From: Dehalococcoidia bacterium
GTDB lineage: Bacteria; Chloroflexota; Dehalococcoidia; DSTF01; JACRBR01
NCBI GenBank assembly: GCA_038227375.1
Contig: JBBRPY010000005.1
Location: forward strand, 457 to 64,456
Length of the DNA stretch: 64,000 nucleotides
Direction: 5' to 3'
Shown: positions 29,024 to 39,075 of the stretch, in pieces
How positions within the stretch are numbered: position 1 is the stretch's first letter
Layout of the letters: each line of letters opens with the position of its first letter
Made by a program: the position numbers and the translations under genes
The notes under the pieces: model-generated
The model's input: the letters and a program-made list of their open reading frames with translations, nothing else
Database searches by the model: none
What the model was told of the DNA's origin: nothing

Positions 29024-29985
29024 GCGCCATCGTCCTCATCAGCATCATCGGCAACACTCTGGTCGAGGCGCATCTTGAAGCCGAGCGGATCTTCGACGAA
29101 GTCGGCCTCGCTCAGCGCCTCGCTCACAGCCTCAAGCACGCGCTCGTCGGAGTGCTCGGATGCCACCGTATGCAACGCCGCGCGCGCTTCCGGCCCGCCG
29201 ATCAGGCCCAGAGCCGCGATCGCCGCCTGTTGCACTTCGGCATCGTCATCGTCTACGAGCGCAACCAGGTGCGGGATCGCCTGCTCGTCGCCGATGCCGC
29301 CGGCCGCGGTCGCCGCCTCGAAGCGCATCTCGCCGTCGTCGCTCAGCATCTCATCGACGATCGCCGGGAGCCAGTCCGGGTCGGCGCTACGGCCCATCGC
29401 GTGGACGGCGCTGATGCGCAGCCGGCGGTCGCCGCTCGCGTACGCCTCGTCGATCAGGTCGTGCACCCAATCGACGGCGCGGACCCCCAGCGCCTCCAGC
29501 GCGCGGCCGCGCACCTCCACCAGCTCGGATTCATCGTTGACGACCGAACGCAGCGCCGTCTCCGTTTCGGTATGGATGCCCGCCCCCTCCGCGTTCAGCT
29601 CGGCGCGAAGAAGGTACCGGCCGAGACCCAGCGCCGCCTCGGCCCGCACGATCGCTTCGGGGTCGTGGAGGAGGCGCAAGAGCACGGCGATCAGGTCGTA
29701 CCGTTCGTACTCCCACAGCGCCTTGATCGACTGTGCCCGCACCTGCACATCGTCGTCCAGCAGCCCGATCTTGAACACGGTGTCGAAATTCAGCTCGACG
29801 TTATCTTCTGCCAGGTCGGGAAGGACGTCGACGACGTCCCGCCGGCGCTGGATGCTGAGCGCGCGCCAGACGTCGAGGAATCGCGCGCGGTCATCGCCGG
29901 CGAGTCCGCTCAGCGCGACAAGATCGGTCGCCGGCGGCGGGTGCTCGGCGTGTTCGAGCTGGGGAAGTAGTGTTTCGAGAGACAT
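29020..29985 (-). CDS. HEAT-repeat (PBS lyase-like) domain protein
   Basis: Repeated ...VRAEAALGLG / ...VRGRALEALG / ...VQQAAIAALG units. Start taken at MSLETLL. Confidence 0.7.
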   Translation of the reverse strand: MSLETLLPQLEHAEHPPPATDLVALSGLAGDDRARFLDVWRALSIQRRRDVVDVLPDLAEDNVELNFDTVFKIGLLDDDVQVRAQSIKALWEYERYDLIAVLLRLLHDPEAIVRAEAALGLGRYLLRAELNAEGAGIHTETETALRSVVNDESELVEVRGRALEALGVRAVDWVHDLIDEAYASGDRRLRISAVHAMGRSADPDWLPAIVDEMLSDDGEMRFEAATAAGGIGDEQAIPHLVALVDDDDAEVQQAAIAALGLIGGPEARAALHTVASEHSDERVLEAVSEALSEADFVEDPLGFKMRLDQSVADDADEDDGA

Positions 29986-30070
29986 GAGCGCTCCTGTCGC
30001 CGGAGGCGACTCCGGCGGCAAATGCGGGGCGCCGAGCATCCGCGAGCCGCTGCGTGCGTGCTCCTTCAGT

Positions 30071-30877
30071 CTAGGGACGGCGTTCGGAGGCTGTCAAACT
30101 CGTCTCGTCGGAATCGGCCGAAGCTGGCATCGTGACGCGCTCGCGCTCCGGCGCTGCCGCGCTCTCCGATGACGACGCCACGTGCCGGGATCGCGCCACG
30201 CGCACCCGCAAGATCGCCCGCAGCACGGACCAGCCGGCGCCGGGGCCGAGCTTCTTCCCGTCATCGGCGCCGCGCGGCCGGTACGTCACAGGCACTTCGA
30301 GGATGTGATGGCCGTCGCGCAGCAGCCGGCAGGTGATCTCGGCATCGAAATCAAATCCGTTGCATCGCAGGTCGAGTGTGCGGGCGACGTCGGCGTGCAA
30401 CACCTTGTAGCACGTCAGCAGGTCGGTGAGATGCGTCAGGAAGAGGATGTTCGCCGCCCAGGTAAGCAGGAAGTTTCCCGCGTAGCCGACGAGCGGTGTG
30501 GCGCCGCGCCCGCGTCCGCGAAACCGCGAGCCGAAGACGACATCGGTGCGGCCTTCGACGATGGGCGCCAGCAGCGACGGTATTTCCGACGGATCCAGCT
30601 CCAGGTCGGCGTCCTGCACCATCACGATCGTCCCGCTCGCGCGCTTGAAACCCGTGCGCACGGCGCGGCCCTTGCCCCGCGCGGCGTCCTCGAGCACCAG
30701 CACGAGGTCGTCGCTGGGCGGAAGGGCTTGCAGCGCCTCGCGCGTGCCGTCGGTCGACGCGCCGTCGACGACGATGATCTCCTTCGGCATGCCGCAGTCG
30801 ACGGCGCGCACACTTTCGATCAGCGCGATCACGGTGGCGCGCTCATTGCGGACGGGGATGACGATCGAGACCTTCAT
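30071..30877 (-). CDS. GT2 family glycosyltransferase (polyprenyl-phosphate sugar synthase, Dpm1/ArnC-like)
   Basis: MKVSIVIPVRNE...VVDGASTDGT...VQDADLE (DxD). Start at ATG 30875-30877, overlapping the upstream stop (ATGA). Confidence 0.8.
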   Translation of the reverse strand: MKVSIVIPVRNERATVIALIESVRAVDCGMPKEIIVVDGASTDGTREALQALPPSDDLVLVLEDAARGKGRAVRTGFKRASGTIVMVQDADLELDPSEIPSLLAPIVEGRTDVVFGSRFRGRGRGATPLVGYAGNFLLTWAANILFLTHLTDLLTCYKVLHADVARTLDLRCNGFDFDAEITCRLLRDGHHILEVPVTYRPRGADDGKKLGPGAGWSVLRAILRVRVARSRHVASSSESAAAPERERVTMPASADSDETSLTASERRP

Positions 30878-31578
30878 GCGTGCCGCTCCGCCAACATCCG
30901 CGCGGCGTCTTCGAGCTGGTCGATGCGGTCGATCGCCAGCCACGCGTCGTCGAAGTGATACGACCCGACGCCACGGCCGGCAGCCAGCAGCGCGTTCACC
31001 AGGTCGGGGATGTCGAAGAAGCTGTTGTACGGCACGAGGTCCAGCGCCGACGGCTGGATCGCGTAGATGCCCGCGCTCACCAGGTCCGTCTCCACCGGCT
31101 TCTCGACGATGCCGGTGATCCGCTGGCCCTCGGTCTGGATGACGCCGTATGGATGCTGAAGCTGAAACTCGCGCGTCGCGACGCTGATCTCGAACGCGCC
31201 GGTGCGGTGAAAGTCCAACAGAGCAGCGACATCAAGATCGGTGAGAATATCGCCGTTCATCGCCAGCAGCGGCTCGCCCGGCGGCAGGTCGCCCGCCACC
31301 CGCACAAGGGAGAGCGGGCCCGCCGTTCCCAGCGCGTGGGACTCGCGCACGTATTCGATGCTGACGCCGAGCTGCGTCCCGTCGCGAAAGTACGTCTCGA
31401 TCAGCTCGGCCCGATAGCCGACAGCGATGATGAATTCGCGGACCCCGAAGCCCTTGAGCCGCTCGATAATTTCTTCGAGGATCGGCTTCTCGCCGACGGG
31501 GAGCAGCGGTTTGGGGATCGTGTACGTCAGCGGCCGCAGCCGCACACCCTTGCCTCCGGCGAGGATCACCGCTTTCAT
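30874..31578 (-). CDS. sugar-phosphate nucleotidyltransferase
   Basis: MKAVILAGGKGVRLRPLTYTIPKPLLPV is the NTP-transferase signature. Start at ATG 31576-31578. Confidence 0.8.
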   Translation of the reverse strand: MKAVILAGGKGVRLRPLTYTIPKPLLPVGEKPILEEIIERLKGFGVREFIIAVGYRAELIETYFRDGTQLGVSIEYVRESHALGTAGPLSLVRVAGDLPPGEPLLAMNGDILTDLDVAALLDFHRTGAFEISVATREFQLQHPYGVIQTEGQRITGIVEKPVETDLVSAGIYAIQPSALDLVPYNSFFDIPDLVNALLAAGRGVGSYHFDDAWLAIDRIDQLEDAARMLAERHA

Positions 31579-32567
31579 ACGGCGTATTCCTTCGGGCGGT
31601 ACAGGTCCTGGTGCTCGCGGATCCAGTCGACGGTCAGCCGCAGCCCTTCGTCGAGCGAGACCTCCGGCCGCCACGCCGCCAGCCGCTGTGCTTTTCCGCT
31701 GTCCGACAAGAGGCGCGACACTTCGCTCTTCGCGGGGCGCATCCGCTGCTCGTCGCCCTCGACCTCAAGCTTCGCCCCCGTGATTGCGGCCACCTTGTCC
31801 ACCACCTCGCGGATGCTGACCTCGGCGCCGGAGCCGAGGTTGACCACCTCGCCCAGCGCGTCATCGGCAGCGCCGACCGCGGCGAACCCGCGTGCCGTAT
31901 CAGCGACGAAGGTGAAATCGCGTGTTGTGTCGAGCGCGCCCAGCCGCAGCGTCTGTCCCGCCACGGCCTGGCTGATGATCGTTGGGATGACGGCGCGCGC
32001 GGACTGGCGCGGACCGTACGCATTGAACGGCCGCACGATGCTGATCGGCAGCCCGAACGAGCGGTGGAAGCTGAGGCCCAGCGCATCGCCGGCGATCTTC
32101 GTCGCCGAGTAGGGGGACTGCGCCTGCAGCGGGTGCTCTTCGTCCATCGGCACGCGCAGCGCCGAGCCGTACACCTCGCTCGTCGAGGTCAGCACGATGC
32201 GCTCCACCGTCCCGAGTTCCTTCGCCGCCAGCAGGACGTTCGACGTGCCGACGACGTTGGTGTCGATTACCTCCTGCGGATGCTCATACGAGTACGGGAT
32301 GCCGACGAGCGCGGCGAGATGAAAGATCGCGTCGGCGCCGCGGGCGATCTCGCGCACGGCGTCGAAATCGCGGACGTCGCCCATCGTGATGTCGACGCTG
32401 TCGAGCAGCGCCGGCGGCAGCAGCTCCAGGCAGCCGTGCTGACCGCGCGAAGTGTAGCGCAGCATCGCCCGCACGTGCGCGCCGGAAGTTACGAGATGCT
32501 CGACCATGTGGCTGCCGATGAAGCCGCCCGCTCCTGTGACGACGACGGTTTTACCTTCGAATCGCAC
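31575..32567 (-). CDS. NAD-dependent epimerase/dehydratase (SDR extended family)
   Basis: VVVTGAGGFIGSH Rossmann motif with YxxxK (YSATK). GTG start at 32565-32567 chosen from the homology. Confidence 0.75.
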   Translation of the reverse strand: MRFEGKTVVVTGAGGFIGSHMVEHLVTSGAHVRAMLRYTSRGQHGCLELLPPALLDSVDITMGDVRDFDAVREIARGADAIFHLAALVGIPYSYEHPQEVIDTNVVGTSNVLLAAKELGTVERIVLTSTSEVYGSALRVPMDEEHPLQAQSPYSATKIAGDALGLSFHRSFGLPISIVRPFNAYGPRQSARAVIPTIISQAVAGQTLRLGALDTTRDFTFVADTARGFAAVGAADDALGEVVNLGSGAEVSIREVVDKVAAITGAKLEVEGDEQRMRPAKSEVSRLLSDSGKAQRLAAWRPEVSLDEGLRLTVDWIREHQDLYRPKEYAV

Positions 32568-32775
32568 GGAGCCCCCAGCCCACGATCCGGACCACCAGCC
32601 CGGCGCCCGCAATCAGCGCCAGTATGACGCAAACCAGCGCCCACATATAGAGCGTGATGATCAGCGCGAAGCTGAATGGCACGCCGGCGGTCAACTCGAC
32701 GAGAAGCGCGACGAGCGGCGACGCGAGCAGGAGCAAGCCTGCCACGCGGAACCAGTGGCTAGCGATCGGGTTCAC
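32551..32775 (-). CDS. small membrane protein (74 aa, 2 TM), translationally coupled between the GT-C and epimerase genes
   Basis: GTG at 32773-32775 overlaps the TGA of the upstream GT-C (GTGA). Its stop overlaps the epimerase start. VNPIASHWFRVAGLLLLASPLVALLVELTAGVPFSFALIITLYMWALVCVILALIAGAGLVV. Confidence 0.45.
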   Translation of the reverse strand: MNPIASHWFRVAGLLLLASPLVALLVELTAGVPFSFALIITLYMWALVCVILALIAGAGLVVRIVGWGLRAIRR

Positions 32776-34169
32776 GGCGCAGGCGTGCCGTACGTCCGCA
32801 GGATGCTTCCCAACGACCGGCCGCCGCTGATCGACCGGAAGTTGTCCGCCGTGATGCGCCCGATCGCCGCGAGCGCCGGGGCGGCGAAGATGACGATGGG
32901 GAAGTACAGCGCGTAGTGATAGCGCGGATCCCCGATGAAGAGGACGCCGAAGACGATCATGTAGAACGGCACGATGCCAAACACCGCCCACTTGCGCGTA
33001 TCCCGTGTCTTCCACCAGAGCGGCCACGACGCCAGCGCCAGCGCGATCAGTCCGTAGAACACCGCGCTCGAGAACTTGATCAGCCGGTCCGCGCCATCCG
33101 GTCCGAACCAGGGGCGGTTGCCCTGCACCCACGTGACGCCGCTCTCGTCGCTGCGGAAAAGCCGGTACATGCGCTTCGGGATGAGCCGCAACTCCTCGAG
33201 CTTGTGGTCCATCGCCCACTCGCGCGCCTGCTTCGCGCCGTCGCGGTTCGCCTTCAGCTCAATCTCCTTCAGGCTCAAGCCCTTGTAGTGCTCCTCAAGC
33301 CGGTAGAACGCCTCCAGGCTCGGCCCGCCGTCCGTGAGGTCGTTGTGGCCCTGGAACATCACCCGCCCCGAGCCCGTGGTCCCGACAATCGTCTCACCAA
33401 GCTGGATGCGGTTCCGCACGGTCCACGGCGTGACCACCAGCGCCGCGCCCGCCGCCAGCGCGAGCAGGGGCAGGATCGCCCGCAGGCGGAGGTGGAAGAT
33501 CAACAGGACGGCAAGAAAGCCGCCGTAGGCGAGAAACTCGCCGCGCACGTAGCCGGCAAACGCCGTCAGCGCGCCGAGCGCGAAGATGATCAGCAGGTTC
33601 GGCCGGCTGCGGCCGAAGACAAAGTAGACGGACACCGCCAGCAGCAGCGTCAATAGAAACCCAAAGTACGTCTCCGAGAGCAGCACAGTCGTGAAGAGTG
33701 CGTGCCCCGGAAGAAACGCCAGCGTGAATCCGGCGATGACGCCTGCGGCCGGATCGAAGAGCTTGCGGGCGATCAGGTACACCAGCGCCGCTGTCAGCGC
33801 GCCAAAGAGCGCGTTCAGCAGACGCCCCGCCAGGATCGAATTCCCCGTCAGCTTGTAGACCGCGGCCAGCGTAAGCGAATATCCGGGCGGCCAGAGCGCC
33901 GTCGGCGTCAGCGCATCGTCATTCGGGTAGATGCGGTCGCCGGTTGCCGTCTTCCACACCGTCGGGTCGAAGACGTAGCCGTCGCCGGCGGCCAGATGCC
34001 GCGCCGTGGTGTCGTACCAGACCGAGTCATCGTAGCGTCCGTCGCGGGGGTTGGGGTGCACCGATGACACGATGAACAACCGCAGGCCGAGCGCGACGAC
34101 GAAGACCACCAGCGCCCAACGGAACGCGTGTTGCCGCGTCCAGCTCAGGTCAGGACGCATGGAGGCCAT
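32772..34169 (-). CDS. GT-C family membrane glycosyltransferase (ArnT/PMT-like), paralogue 1
   Basis: 465 aa. Multi-TM, with an RxxDxxWY periplasmic loop and a C-terminal IGDPRYHY motif shared by the paralogues. Confidence 0.75.
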   Translation of the reverse strand: MASMRPDLSWTRQHAFRWALVVFVVALGLRLFIVSSVHPNPRDGRYDDSVWYDTTARHLAAGDGYVFDPTVWKTATGDRIYPNDDALTPTALWPPGYSLTLAAVYKLTGNSILAGRLLNALFGALTAALVYLIARKLFDPAAGVIAGFTLAFLPGHALFTTVLLSETYFGFLLTLLLAVSVYFVFGRSRPNLLIIFALGALTAFAGYVRGEFLAYGGFLAVLLIFHLRLRAILPLLALAAGAALVVTPWTVRNRIQLGETIVGTTGSGRVMFQGHNDLTDGGPSLEAFYRLEEHYKGLSLKEIELKANRDGAKQAREWAMDHKLEELRLIPKRMYRLFRSDESGVTWVQGNRPWFGPDGADRLIKFSSAVFYGLIALALASWPLWWKTRDTRKWAVFGIVPFYMIVFGVLFIGDPRYHYALYFPIVIFAAPALAAIGRITADNFRSISGGRSLGSILRTYGTPAP

Positions 34170-35526
34170 CCATCGACGGCAGGTGGCGATGCCGGCGGTC
34201 CCAGATCATCACCATCGTCGCAGCGGCGACAAAGACGGCGAGCGGTATCGCCGGATAGTGGAACCGCGGGTCGCCGAAGAACACGAGCGGGATCGCGAGC
34301 ACGTAGAGCATCGCCACCATGGCGATCAGGCGGCGAATGTCGGCGCCGAACACGAAGGCGAGGCCGCCGACGATCACGAGCGCCGCTGTCGCGTAGTAGA
34401 CGGAATTTGCAGCGAAGGCCAGCACCTCGCGCCGGAAGAGCGGCATGAAATAGTCGTTCCCGTAGGATTCCGCCGCCCAGAGGCCGTCGTCATCCTTATA
34501 GAGCAGCCAGTACGCCTTCTTCGGTATCAGGCTCGCCATCCGGAAGGGGTGGGTGACGACGTCGTGGACGGCGATGCGGACGCCTTCGCGGTTGCGCTGG
34601 ACTTCGACTTGATCCGGTGTCTTTCCTTCGTACCCCTCGAAGCACTTGCCCTGCACCGTGAACGCGCCCTGCGCGCCGAGATAGTTGCCGATGCAGAGAT
34701 CGTCGCCGACGTTAGTCGACGGCCCGAGAACCTCACCGAAGGTGATGCTGTTGCGGACCGACCACGGCACCACGAGCACGGCGATGCCCGCCCAGACGAT
34801 CAACGCCTGCAGCAGCGCCCGTTTTTTCGAATGCAGGAAGAAGAGCCAGACGGCGAGCAGCAGCAGCGGGAACATCAGCGTGATGCCGCGCGTCAGCGAC
34901 GCCGCGCTCAGCAGCAGGCCGGCGCCGAAGAGTTGCTGCCACGGCATGCCGTCGCGTTTCCACGGATTCCACAGCAGGACGACTAGCGCCGATATCCAGA
35001 GCAGCGTGAAGAGCGGCTCTGAGAGGACGGTGCCGGTGTAGTACACCTGGCTCGGGAAGATCGACAGGAGCAGTCCGGCGACAATGCCGACGCGGCGGTC
35101 GAAGATGCGGCTGGCGACTAAGAACAGCAGCACGACCGTGATCGCGCCGAACATGCCGTTCATCATCTTGATCGAGAAGATGCTGCGTTCCCAGCCGAAG
35201 ATGTCGCCGGCCTTCTTGAGTGCGGCGACGGTCGCCGGAAATCCGATCGGGTAGTAGGCGAACGTCTCCCCCGTCGGCCGCACGTAGCCGTGGCCGTCCG
35301 CGATCGTGTCGCCGAAGAGGTTGTACAGCGTCGGGTCGTTCAAGCCCTGCGGCGCGCGGTCGGCGTAGGCGACCCACGCCGCTCGCGGGATGATGGCGAG
35401 CGTGAAGAGGAAGATCGAGAGGAGCAGGTCGACGCGGATGGCCGCGAACCACGACGCGCGAGAGGCAACGCGCTCCACCTGCTGCTGACGCTCCATGCGG
35501 ACGGCTGCGGGGGTTTCGGCGCTCAC
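34150..35526 (-). CDS. GT-C family membrane glycosyltransferase, paralogue 2
   Basis: 458 aa. C-terminal FGDPRFHYP. Overlaps both neighbours, consistent with translational coupling. Confidence 0.75.
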   Translation of the reverse strand: MSAETPAAVRMERQQQVERVASRASWFAAIRVDLLLSIFLFTLAIIPRAAWVAYADRAPQGLNDPTLYNLFGDTIADGHGYVRPTGETFAYYPIGFPATVAALKKAGDIFGWERSIFSIKMMNGMFGAITVVLLFLVASRIFDRRVGIVAGLLLSIFPSQVYYTGTVLSEPLFTLLWISALVVLLWNPWKRDGMPWQQLFGAGLLLSAASLTRGITLMFPLLLLAVWLFFLHSKKRALLQALIVWAGIAVLVVPWSVRNSITFGEVLGPSTNVGDDLCIGNYLGAQGAFTVQGKCFEGYEGKTPDQVEVQRNREGVRIAVHDVVTHPFRMASLIPKKAYWLLYKDDDGLWAAESYGNDYFMPLFRREVLAFAANSVYYATAALVIVGGLAFVFGADIRRLIAMVAMLYVLAIPLVFFGDPRFHYPAIPLAVFVAAATMVMIWDRRHRHLPSMDGLHAS

Positions 35527-36827
35527 GCCGGCGCGTACCTCCCGTCGAGGCTCGGTTGAGGCCGCCGGACCGCTTCGAAGAGCACCACCAGCCCCCGCGC
35601 TCCGAGCAGCGCGATCGCGAAGACGATCGGGTAATGGAACCGGGGATCTCCGAAGAAGAGCAGGTGCGTGGCCGTCCAGAGCAACACGAGGGCCGGCAGC
35701 ACGGCGACGACGTCGTTCAGGCGCATCCTGCTGGCCAGCAGCCCGATGCCCGCCAGCGCGATGGCGGCGAACCAGAATCCGTTCGCCGCGGCGCGCAGCC
35801 AGTCGACGGTCGTCTGTGAAGCGTAGAAATCGTCGTGGTAGCCGGAGTTCCAGTCGAGCGCCGTCGCGTCTGACTCGTACATCGCCCGCACCTTGCTGAG
35901 GGCCAGCGTGAACTCGCGCGCGGGATGATGGCGCATATAGGTGAGCCCCGTCCTGAGCGCGAGATTATCTGCCTTCACTTCGAACTCCGGCTGCGAGATG
36001 TTAGCGCGTGATGGCTGCGGCGCTTCGGGTTCGGGGATGCCTCGGCGGCCGGTGGCCGTGTCGTGATTCCCGATCCAGACGTTCACGCCGAAGTTCGTCG
36101 CCACGAGGACCGGACTGCCGAGCTTGTGCTGATTGCGTGCCACCCACGGCGCCATCATCACAGCGACGACGAACGCGGCCAGCATAACCCAGGCGATCGC
36201 GGGTCGCCAACGATATCCGGCGAGCACCCAGACTACGAGCGCCAGCGGCAGCAGCACGAGCGCCTGCCCACGCGTCAGCGTCGCGAGCGCGGTGACGACG
36301 CCAAACGCCAGCACGATCCCGCCCCGGCCGGACGATACCCGCGTAGCCAGCAGCATCAGCAGCAACGCCAATGAGAACAAGAATGTGAACAGTGGCTCGG
36401 ACAGCGTCAGCGAGGTGAAGTACACCTGGCCGGGCCAGACCGCCATCGCCGCAGCGCCAATCAGCGCGGTAGGGCGGTCGAAGAGGATCAGTCCGATGCA
36501 GTAAATGATCGGGATCGTCGCGGCTGCGAGCACGGCGTTCGTGATGTAGGTCTGGGCGAGCCCCTCGCCGAAGTACTGGAAGACGTGGCCGAGAAAGACC
36601 GGATACCCCGGCGGCCATCCCGCGGTGGAGGTACCTGTGAACGGATTCACGTACCCGTCGCCGTTAGCGAAGAAGTGGGCCGACACCCGGTACCAGACGG
36701 TGTCGTCGAAACGCCCGTCCGTCGGGTCGGGATGGATGAAGGCGATCCAGGCGAGCCGGACAGCGAGGGCGGTGAGGAGAATCAGGCCGAGAGCGGGCAG
36801 GTGCCTTCGGAGCTGATTCATCGTCAA
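35523..36827 (-). CDS. GT-C family membrane glycosyltransferase, paralogue 3
   Basis: 434 aa. DDTVWY loop and C-terminal FGDPRFHYP. Confidence 0.75.
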   Translation of the reverse strand: MTMNQLRRHLPALGLILLTALAVRLAWIAFIHPDPTDGRFDDTVWYRVSAHFFANGDGYVNPFTGTSTAGWPPGYPVFLGHVFQYFGEGLAQTYITNAVLAAATIPIIYCIGLILFDRPTALIGAAAMAVWPGQVYFTSLTLSEPLFTFLFSLALLLMLLATRVSSGRGGIVLAFGVVTALATLTRGQALVLLPLALVVWVLAGYRWRPAIAWVMLAAFVVAVMMAPWVARNQHKLGSPVLVATNFGVNVWIGNHDTATGRRGIPEPEAPQPSRANISQPEFEVKADNLALRTGLTYMRHHPAREFTLALSKVRAMYESDATALDWNSGYHDDFYASQTTVDWLRAAANGFWFAAIALAGIGLLASRMRLNDVVAVLPALVLLWTATHLLFFGDPRFHYPIVFAIALLGARGLVVLFEAVRRPQPSLDGRYAPA

Positions 36828-36834
36828 ACGGAGT

Positions 36835-38343
36835 TCATTCCTGTTGTCCCGCCCGCTGCGCCACCATCGCCGGCGTCACCGGCTGCAGATGGCCGTCCTC
36901 TAATTGCACAAGATACACGTTCCCGCTGAGGTTCTGCGAGAGCCGCTCGAAGTCCGCTGAGGAGAGCGCCCGCACGGAAACGCCCTTCCCATAGAGGGCG
37001 TGCCCCACCGACGTCAGCCATGTCGGCTGCCAGTACAAGTTCGACCAGAGCCCCTCATCGTCGACGACGTAGATCGTCGTGCCTTCGGGCGCGGCATCGT
37101 AGTTCGCCCGTAGATCGGTCGTGAGCAAGCGCCAGCGCTCCGTATCCTTCATGAACGGCTGGGTCTGATGGATCGTTTGCCACGAGTACAGGCCCGCGAC
37201 CGCGATCAGTGCCGCCGCTGCGAGCGCGTGCGCTCCCGGCTTCCAGAGGCGGACGGCGTGGTGGTGGACGAAGCCGGCGGCGACGGCGACGAGGATGGCG
37301 AAGAAGGGCAGCGACATGTAGGTGTAGCGCGTGGCGGTCCAGATCTTCCCCGGCGCGTAGGGCGCCACGCCGATCAGCATGCCGACCGCGGCGAACCGCG
37401 CGATGTGCGGCCCGCGGACGAAGAAGAAGATCGCGAACGCGACGACTACCGACCCCCACGCCCACTCCATCGCCCCCGGGTTCTTCTGGATGGCGCCGAC
37501 GGGGTAGGCGAGGCGCGCCATGTACACCCAGGTCTCTCTCGGGATGTGCCAGCCGACGCCGTAGAATCCGGCATCGACGCCCTGGCAGCCACAGCCACTG
37601 AGCCCCCCCACCAGCAGCGTCGCCGCGAGGCCGAACGGCAGCATCTTCATCACGAAGTCCAGCGGGTCGCGCCGCCGGACCAGCGACGCCGTCGCGTAGT
37701 AGACGAGGATCGCCGCGCCCAGCACGACGCCGCCTTCGTTCGCCAGGAAGCCCGCCACGAACAACAGGAACGACCCCCAGTACCAGGCGGCTCGTCGCTC
37801 GCCGCCCGCGACGTACTGGTGCAGCGCGAAGAGCGACGAGATCAGCAGGAATTCGCTGAAGACGTGCGGAAATGCGGTGATGTAGGTCACCGTGTGCACG
37901 GCCGATGCCGAGACCGCGAACACGGCGGCGGCGACGAGCGCGACGAAGAGGCGCTTCGTCATCGAAAGCACGAGCATGTACAGCACGGCGACGGTGGCCA
38001 CGTGCAGGGTGAGGTTCACAATGCGCCACGGCAGCGCGTTGAAGCCGAAGGTCTTGAATTCGGCCCAGTACACCAGCATCGTCAGCGGGCGCCAGTTGGG
38101 TGTGAGGTCCCGGAGCAGGAAGACGTCGCGCATGTACGCAGGAAACGCCCTCGACTGAATGTCGCCGAGCACGAGGAAGTCATCGCCGAAGAAGTAGTAC
38201 TTCATCGTCGGGATATGGATGCCGATGACGAGGGCAACGATGGCGAGGAAGGGGAGGTGCCGCGCAAGGCGGCGGAGGGCATCGGTCAGCGCGGCGCTGC
38301 GCGGCCGTTCGAACGCAGAGGCGTGCGTGGCTATGACGGCCAT
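36835..38343 (-). CDS. polytopic membrane protein, probable GT-C-like glycosyltransferase
   Basis: 502 aa with >10 TM helices, FFGDDFLVLGD in the first loop and a C-terminal soluble domain. First gene of the minus-strand operon. Confidence 0.55.
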   Translation of the reverse strand: MAVIATHASAFERPRSAALTDALRRLARHLPFLAIVALVIGIHIPTMKYYFFGDDFLVLGDIQSRAFPAYMRDVFLLRDLTPNWRPLTMLVYWAEFKTFGFNALPWRIVNLTLHVATVAVLYMLVLSMTKRLFVALVAAAVFAVSASAVHTVTYITAFPHVFSEFLLISSLFALHQYVAGGERRAAWYWGSFLLFVAGFLANEGGVVLGAAILVYYATASLVRRRDPLDFVMKMLPFGLAATLLVGGLSGCGCQGVDAGFYGVGWHIPRETWVYMARLAYPVGAIQKNPGAMEWAWGSVVVAFAIFFFVRGPHIARFAAVGMLIGVAPYAPGKIWTATRYTYMSLPFFAILVAVAAGFVHHHAVRLWKPGAHALAAAALIAVAGLYSWQTIHQTQPFMKDTERWRLLTTDLRANYDAAPEGTTIYVVDDEGLWSNLYWQPTWLTSVGHALYGKGVSVRALSSADFERLSQNLSGNVYLVQLEDGHLQPVTPAMVAQRAGQQE

Positions 38344-39075
38344 TCAGGTGTGCGCTCCGTCGGTGATGGGTCCGGTATCTGGGACAGCTTCTCGTTTTTG
38401 CGATCGTAGCATCGGCCGTGCAACCCGGCAATAGAGGGCGCGGTCTCCGCCGCGCGGCTTGTAAAGGGCCTTTGCCTGTTTAGGAGCTGCCCGGTTCTAG
38501 TTTGGTTCGCCACCTCAGGACCAAGAGCGAGGTCAGGACAAGCGCGACGATCGAGCCATAATGCGATCGTTGAAACGATGACTGATTCAATCAGTACAGC
38601 AACCTACAGAAACCAACGGCTACCGCGACCAGGCCCAGATCACCAGACTGTCAGATGGCGCGGAGACGCTAACCCGCCGAGGATTGCGTTCGGAGCTCGT
38701 CTAGGGCTTCGAGCCATCTTGATGCAGTCTCCCGACTAGTCCAAAGAAAAATCCCCCGACTCAACCGAAATGTGTAGACGGTGTTAGAGTGTTTCACTCG
38801 AATCCCAGCTGCCAGGCCAGCGCTGAAGCGCTCGACGCTCTCTATCTCTGCGATCGCCATTCTGACCATTGGAATCTTCCCGACACCGAGCGGCAGACCG
38901 AGGGGCCCATGTTGGGGTACCCACACAAGTGGTGAGCGGTCAACATGAGCCGACGCCAGCCGACCGCTAAGCGGCCAGACTCCCAGCAGGTTGCCACACT
39001 GTTCAGCATCACCGTCTCTTCGGCCTCACGATTCACCGCAAATACCTCAAGGGAAAGCCACGACGCTGGTCGACG

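Noticed and set aside
37168-38409. 413-aa plus-strand ORF and others antisense to the 36835-38343 membrane protein gene
   Set aside because: R/D/E/H-rich composition with no hydrophobic or structural signal.
38460-39060. tmRNA, RNase P RNA, SRP RNA or a tRNA in the AT-rich island
   Set aside because: No tag-peptide reading frame, no T-loop GTTCGAATC consensus, and no conserved RNase P or SRP motifs seen by eye. Left as an unexplained island rather than an RNA call.
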